The notes under the pieces are model-generated. The model was not told the origin of the DNA, ran no database searches, and saw nothing but the letters and a program-made list of their open reading frames with translations. This document shows positions 52,062 through 55,352 of a stretch of DNA of 55,352 bases, piece after piece. The position numbers were made by a program, and so were the translations under genes. Numbering within the stretch: position 1 is the first letter of the stretch; each line of letters begins with the position of its first letter. The DNA is taken from positions 1 to 55,352 of the IMG/VR virus record IMGVR_UViG_3300024323_000003; one strand, written 5' to 3'. Source of the DNA: a virus. Lineage: Duplodnaviria; Caudoviricetes.

Positions 52062-53060
52062 TCAAGCCCACTTCGCAATATGCCACTGGGTCGCTTCCAT
52101 TGGCGTCCAGCCGTTGTTCAGCACCGGCTTTCCTGGGAACGGGTCGTCGTAGCCAGGCCACACCCCGAATTTAAGGCACTGGGCGTACTTTGCCAATGCC
52201 TCGGCCAACTGGTTGCGGCCCGTGCGCAGGTGTTGGTCCTCAATCAGTTCCCGGCGCCCGATGACATAGGGTGGCTTGTTCTCTTGGATGGGATGCAGGT
52301 AATGTTCCCGGGGCTTCTGGCCAAGCGCCACGGCCGCCGCGTTGTATATGTCCAGTTCCATCGCTGCTTGCAGGTCGTAACCTTCCTTCTCGATGGCATT
52401 CTGCCAGCCTTTGTAGCTGCCGTCGCGTGCCGTCTTGAGGTTGGCAATGGAATCGTGGTATTCACCGTCCAGATCACCCACAACGTCAATCAGAGTCTTG
52501 CAGGGCACCACGATGCCCGTCGCGGCGTCTGTCCAGTCCGCTGTGACGTGGACTTGCAGACCAGCGTTCTTGACCAGCGCGGCGATGGCTGGGTCATTGG
52601 CGATGCGTCCAGCGGCAATTTCGGCCTGTTCCAGTTCGTCATGGGTGACGACCCAAAATCCCTCGGCCAGCTTCTTGTCGCGCCACTCGCGGCACGTCGG
52701 AGATTTGTAGGTCCAGGGAGCCGTGCCTTTGGAGCCTTCGTAGGTCGCCGGGGTGATCTGGTACAGGTCATCAAAGCTCTGCGGCATGGTCAGGAGCGTG
52801 TCAACGAGCGTTCCCCACGCCTGGGCCTTGGTTGAGGCTTTGATGACTTCTTCGCCTGATTCTTCGGCATCAGCGGCAGCTTCAGCTTCGTCCTCGCCCA
52901 CGAGCAACCATTTCTGTGGGTTGGCGACAAACGCCCGGAGCGCGGACGAGTGCATGACAAAACCGGGCTCGCCGCGTTTGGCCGACTGGCCCATGTAATC
53001 TCGGAGCCTCACGCGCTCGCCGTGGATCTTGCCGCTGGTGAATGGGATTGCGTTACTCAT
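52062..53060 (-). CDS. RecE/ExoVIII-like (DUF3799) PD-(D/E)xK protein
   Basis: HSSALR, WGTLVD.LL, CKTLID, NLKT, GYDLQAA, ENKPPY, WPGY. Confidence 0.8.
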   Translation of the reverse strand: MSNAIPFTSGKIHGERVRLRDYMGQSAKRGEPGFVMHSSALRAFVANPQKWLLVGEDEAEAAADAEESGEEVIKASTKAQAWGTLVDTLLTMPQSFDDLYQITPATYEGSKGTAPWTYKSPTCREWRDKKLAEGFWVVTHDELEQAEIAAGRIANDPAIAALVKNAGLQVHVTADWTDAATGIVVPCKTLIDVVGDLDGEYHDSIANLKTARDGSYKGWQNAIEKEGYDLQAAMELDIYNAAAVALGQKPREHYLHPIQENKPPYVIGRRELIEDQHLRTGRNQLAEALAKYAQCLKFGVWPGYDDPFPGKPVLNNGWTPMEATQWHIAKWA

Positions 53061-53284
53061 GATTTCGACTCAAAGAATTTCGCCGCCTCGCCGCAAGAAT
53101 CATCACCACTCGAAACGCGCTCGGTCCCGCAAAAATAATGACTTTCCGTTGGAGCATCGTCGCTAGTCCCGCTCACCATCCAGTTTTGATAAACAGCACC
53201 GTGTTTATCGAACGATCTTCCGCATCGGCTAAATTCCGGTTTGTTGCCAGGGATGCAATGCTTGCACTCGACACAGTGTTTCAT
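53057..53284 (-). CDS. Small Cys-rich protein
   Basis: CVECKH...C...CGTER...CGEAAKFFE. Confidence 0.7.
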   Translation of the reverse strand: MKHCVECKHCIPGNKPEFSRCGRSFDKHGAVYQNWMVSGTSDDAPTESHYFCGTERVSSGDDSCGEAAKFFESKS

Positions 53285-53386
53285 AGATCAGTTGTGAATT
53301 TTGAAATTGAATGGTCCGGCGCACCCTATTCATCGATCCGACAGGGCAGAAGGCGCGACGTTTAGGCCATGCGCCGAACCAAAGTG

Positions 53387-53692
53387 TTATGCTGTCGCCA
53401 GCGCGGGAGCCGATGCCGGGGCGGCGTCCGTCTTGGGTTTGCGTTTCTTCGTCCCTCCATTCACCGAGCGAGCGGCGGGCTTGCTGCTGCCCTTGGTGGT
53501 CAGAATGTCGGCGATTTCTTCGGCGTTGGCCACGAGGATTTTGGCCGTCGTCCTTGACAATATGGTCCGGTCACCATCGGCGGGAGTAAAACAGCCTTCG
53601 AGTATGCGGGCCAATTCATGCGTCTGCGCTTCTTCGACTGTCGCAAATGTGTGGTTATCGGTGGTGAGAAATGCTTTTGCTTTCGTAATCAT
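53387..53692 (-). CDS. Hypothetical protein with a basic tail
   Basis: AFLTTDNHTFATVEEAQTHE; ATGA-coupled. Confidence 0.7.
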   Translation of the reverse strand: MITKAKAFLTTDNHTFATVEEAQTHELARILEGCFTPADGDRTILSRTTAKILVANAEEIADILTTKGSSKPAARSVNGGTKKRKPKTDAAPASAPALATA

Positions 53693-54792
53693 GTTGCCGG
53701 TTGAGTTGCTAATTTTTTGGTTGTTTCTTCGATGGCGAAAAGCAACGCGCCTTCCGTCAAATTCTTCACTTCTTCGGCCTCGCCAAGCACCGCGTTTGCC
53801 CGCATCCAGGCCGTGCGCGTGCCCCAGGTTTTCGCATCGCCTGCCTCGATGGGTTTCAGGAGCGCCCAGAGTTTTGCTTTCAGGGCTTTGAGCGGGTCGG
53901 CGGGGGCGGTGGTCGTGGCTGCCGGCGCTGCGGTGGGCGGCTGCTTGGTTCCCGGGCCTTGCGGTGTCTGGCACCATTGCAGGACAGCTTCGCCGTGGGC
54001 GAATGTGAACCGATCGCCCTTCTTTGGAAGCAGGGCCAGCAAATCGCTGTGCGTGAATTTGCACCCGGCGCGGAGATTGGTGAAATCGCACAAGCCGCCC
54101 TTGCCATCCTGATCGGCCTCAACTGCGGCAACTGCAATCGCTGTCCGGGTCAGTCCGCTTTCCTGAATCGGGCTTTCGTAGGCCGCGGGTGCCTTGGTCG
54201 CCATGTCGAATTTTTTCTTGGCCTGAATGAGCATTATGATAGAGCCGGTCGAGTTGTTAATCCGGTTCACCATTTTTGAATGAGTCCAGGGCTTGACGTG
54301 GGCCGCTGCCGCAGCGAGGGACCGCGCCCGCTTCCCTTCATCGTCGCCGGCCATGCGGTCAAGCTCGTCGTTTTTCAGGTCGAGGTATCCGCCGTCTGAA
54401 TCCCAGCATTGGGCTACGGCGTCAAGGATCGTGGTTTTGCATCCAGCCTGCTCCAGCGTTTCCAGCGCGGCCAGGAGGCGCAACGGATGGAACGGCGGTT
54501 CGAGATACATCACTTTGAATCGTGCCTTGTGCTGTTCGACGGTAGTTCCGGGGTAACGCTCTGCGGCCATTTTCGCCACGCTGTCAATCGCCCAGCCGCT
54601 GCGGTGGTTTTCGCCGTCCACCCAGCCAATAAAGCCGGTGGGCGTGATCGCCATTGCCAGGATGCCGCCCGTAACGCTTTTGCCGCTGCCTACGGAGCCG
54701 AAGAAACCGAAGCGCATAGCCTGCGGGGTGATGCCGGTTTCTTCAATCTTCATGCTCTTTTTGAAGTCCTCTACTTGTTTTTTCCAGTCCAT
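53689..54792 (-). CDS. AAA_24/Sak4-like recombination ATPase
   Basis: GSVGSGKS (Walker A), WVDGE, ILDAV..CWDSDGG, PIQE; near the RecE-like gene. Confidence 0.8.
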   Translation of the reverse strand: MDWKKQVEDFKKSMKIEETGITPQAMRFGFFGSVGSGKSVTGGILAMAITPTGFIGWVDGENHRSGWAIDSVAKMAAERYPGTTVEQHKARFKVMYLEPPFHPLRLLAALETLEQAGCKTTILDAVAQCWDSDGGYLDLKNDELDRMAGDDEGKRARSLAAAAAHVKPWTHSKMVNRINNSTGSIIMLIQAKKKFDMATKAPAAYESPIQESGLTRTAIAVAAVEADQDGKGGLCDFTNLRAGCKFTHSDLLALLPKKGDRFTFAHGEAVLQWCQTPQGPGTKQPPTAAPAATTTAPADPLKALKAKLWALLKPIEAGDAKTWGTRTAWMRANAVLGEAEEVKNLTEGALLFAIEETTKKLATQPAT

Positions 54793-54943
54793 AATTTTGT
54801 CAAAATCTCTCTCTTAATCCGCCACTTATTCCGCCCACTCACGCCGGCAAACGGATTTTTGCTCGGCGTGTTAGCCGTGCGATGCTCCCGGGCCGCGCCG
54901 ATCAGTTGCGCGAGGATCAAAAGGCCGTAGAGGAAAATGGCTT

Positions 54944-55291
54944 TCATTCGGCGGTTTCCTCGTCAGGTGAAAAAACGGATTCTTCGGAAATCATCTGGAG
55001 CAATTGAAATCCGAACATCCAAAAATGACCCGTCCACGCCAACGCCAAGAGAATCAGAATATCGAAAGCTTTGGATAACCATTTCGGGATGCTGCGCCCG
55101 CGTTTTCTCATTTTATCGGTCGCGCTCCTTGGGACCAGGAAAGCAAGTATGCCGATTATGGCGCAATACCAGAAAATGCACCTGAACACGTTCCACGCGG
55201 GCGCGACACCGACAAACAGCCCGAAGTATCCAGCGGCCAAATAGACGGCTTGCAGAACGAGCGTGTACAAAAAGCGGCTGTTGATTCTCAT
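54944..55291 (-). CDS. Multi-TM membrane protein
   Basis: Three to four hydrophobic segments; start coupled to the gene at 63..335. Confidence 0.65.
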   Translation of the reverse strand: MRINSRFLYTLVLQAVYLAAGYFGLFVGVAPAWNVFRCIFWYCAIIGILAFLVPRSATDKMRKRGRSIPKWLSKAFDILILLALAWTGHFWMFGFQLLQMISEESVFSPDEETAE

Positions 55292-55352
55292 AGGGCTTCA
55301 ATATCAAATTCCGAAGGCTGGACCAGCGTTTTGCCGCGTTCACAATCGAAAA
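55226..55352. repeat. Terminal direct repeat, right copy
   Basis: Identical to 1-127. Confidence 0.95.

Noticed and set aside
55226-55352. 127-bp terminal repeat as a biological DTR
   Set aside because: Its length equals a common assembly k-mer and it cuts through coding sequence. It shows circularity or permutation, not the physical ends.
1-55352. tRNA, tmRNA or rRNA genes
   Set aside because: No cloverleaf or T-loop consensus seen in intergenic regions by eye; a tRNAscan or Infernal run would be needed to exclude them fully

Overview
This window is an apparently complete, circularly assembled dsDNA phage genome of about 55.2 kb. Bases 1-127 are repeated exactly at 55226-55352, which looks like an assembler overlap. 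The gene set is podovirus-like: terminase large subunit, a probable P22-type portal, scaffold and major capsid proteins, tail adaptor and nozzle candidates, and three probable ejection proteins including a 1918-aa giant. I see no tape measure, sheath, DNA or RNA polymerase, integrase, tRNA or CRISPR array. Replication and recombination genes include a DnaB-N/AAA_25 helicase with an adjacent iteron-like cluster, a Sak4-like ATPase, a RecE-like nuclease and a VRR-NUC protein. There are three DNA methyltransferases (one broken), five HNH-family nucleases (one frameshifted) and a GroES homologue. The most unusual elements are: (1) five glycosyltransferase-like genes directly upstream of the portal; (2) a lysis-like cassette with holin- and spanin-like genes and a lipoprotein Cx5R phosphatase, but no recognisable endolysin; (3) a tail-fibre-like protein with a signal peptide; (4) two post-capsid paralogues built from a Cys-containing repeat; (5) a structured leader that pairs right up to the capsid start codon; (6) an M48-like protease domain in the giant ejection protein; (7) a catalytically degenerate Cas4-like protein. 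Many starts are A-rich without a Shine-Dalgarno sequence, or apparently leaderless, which suggests a host such as Verrucomicrobiota (inference only). All family calls come from motif recognition by eye; no searches were run.
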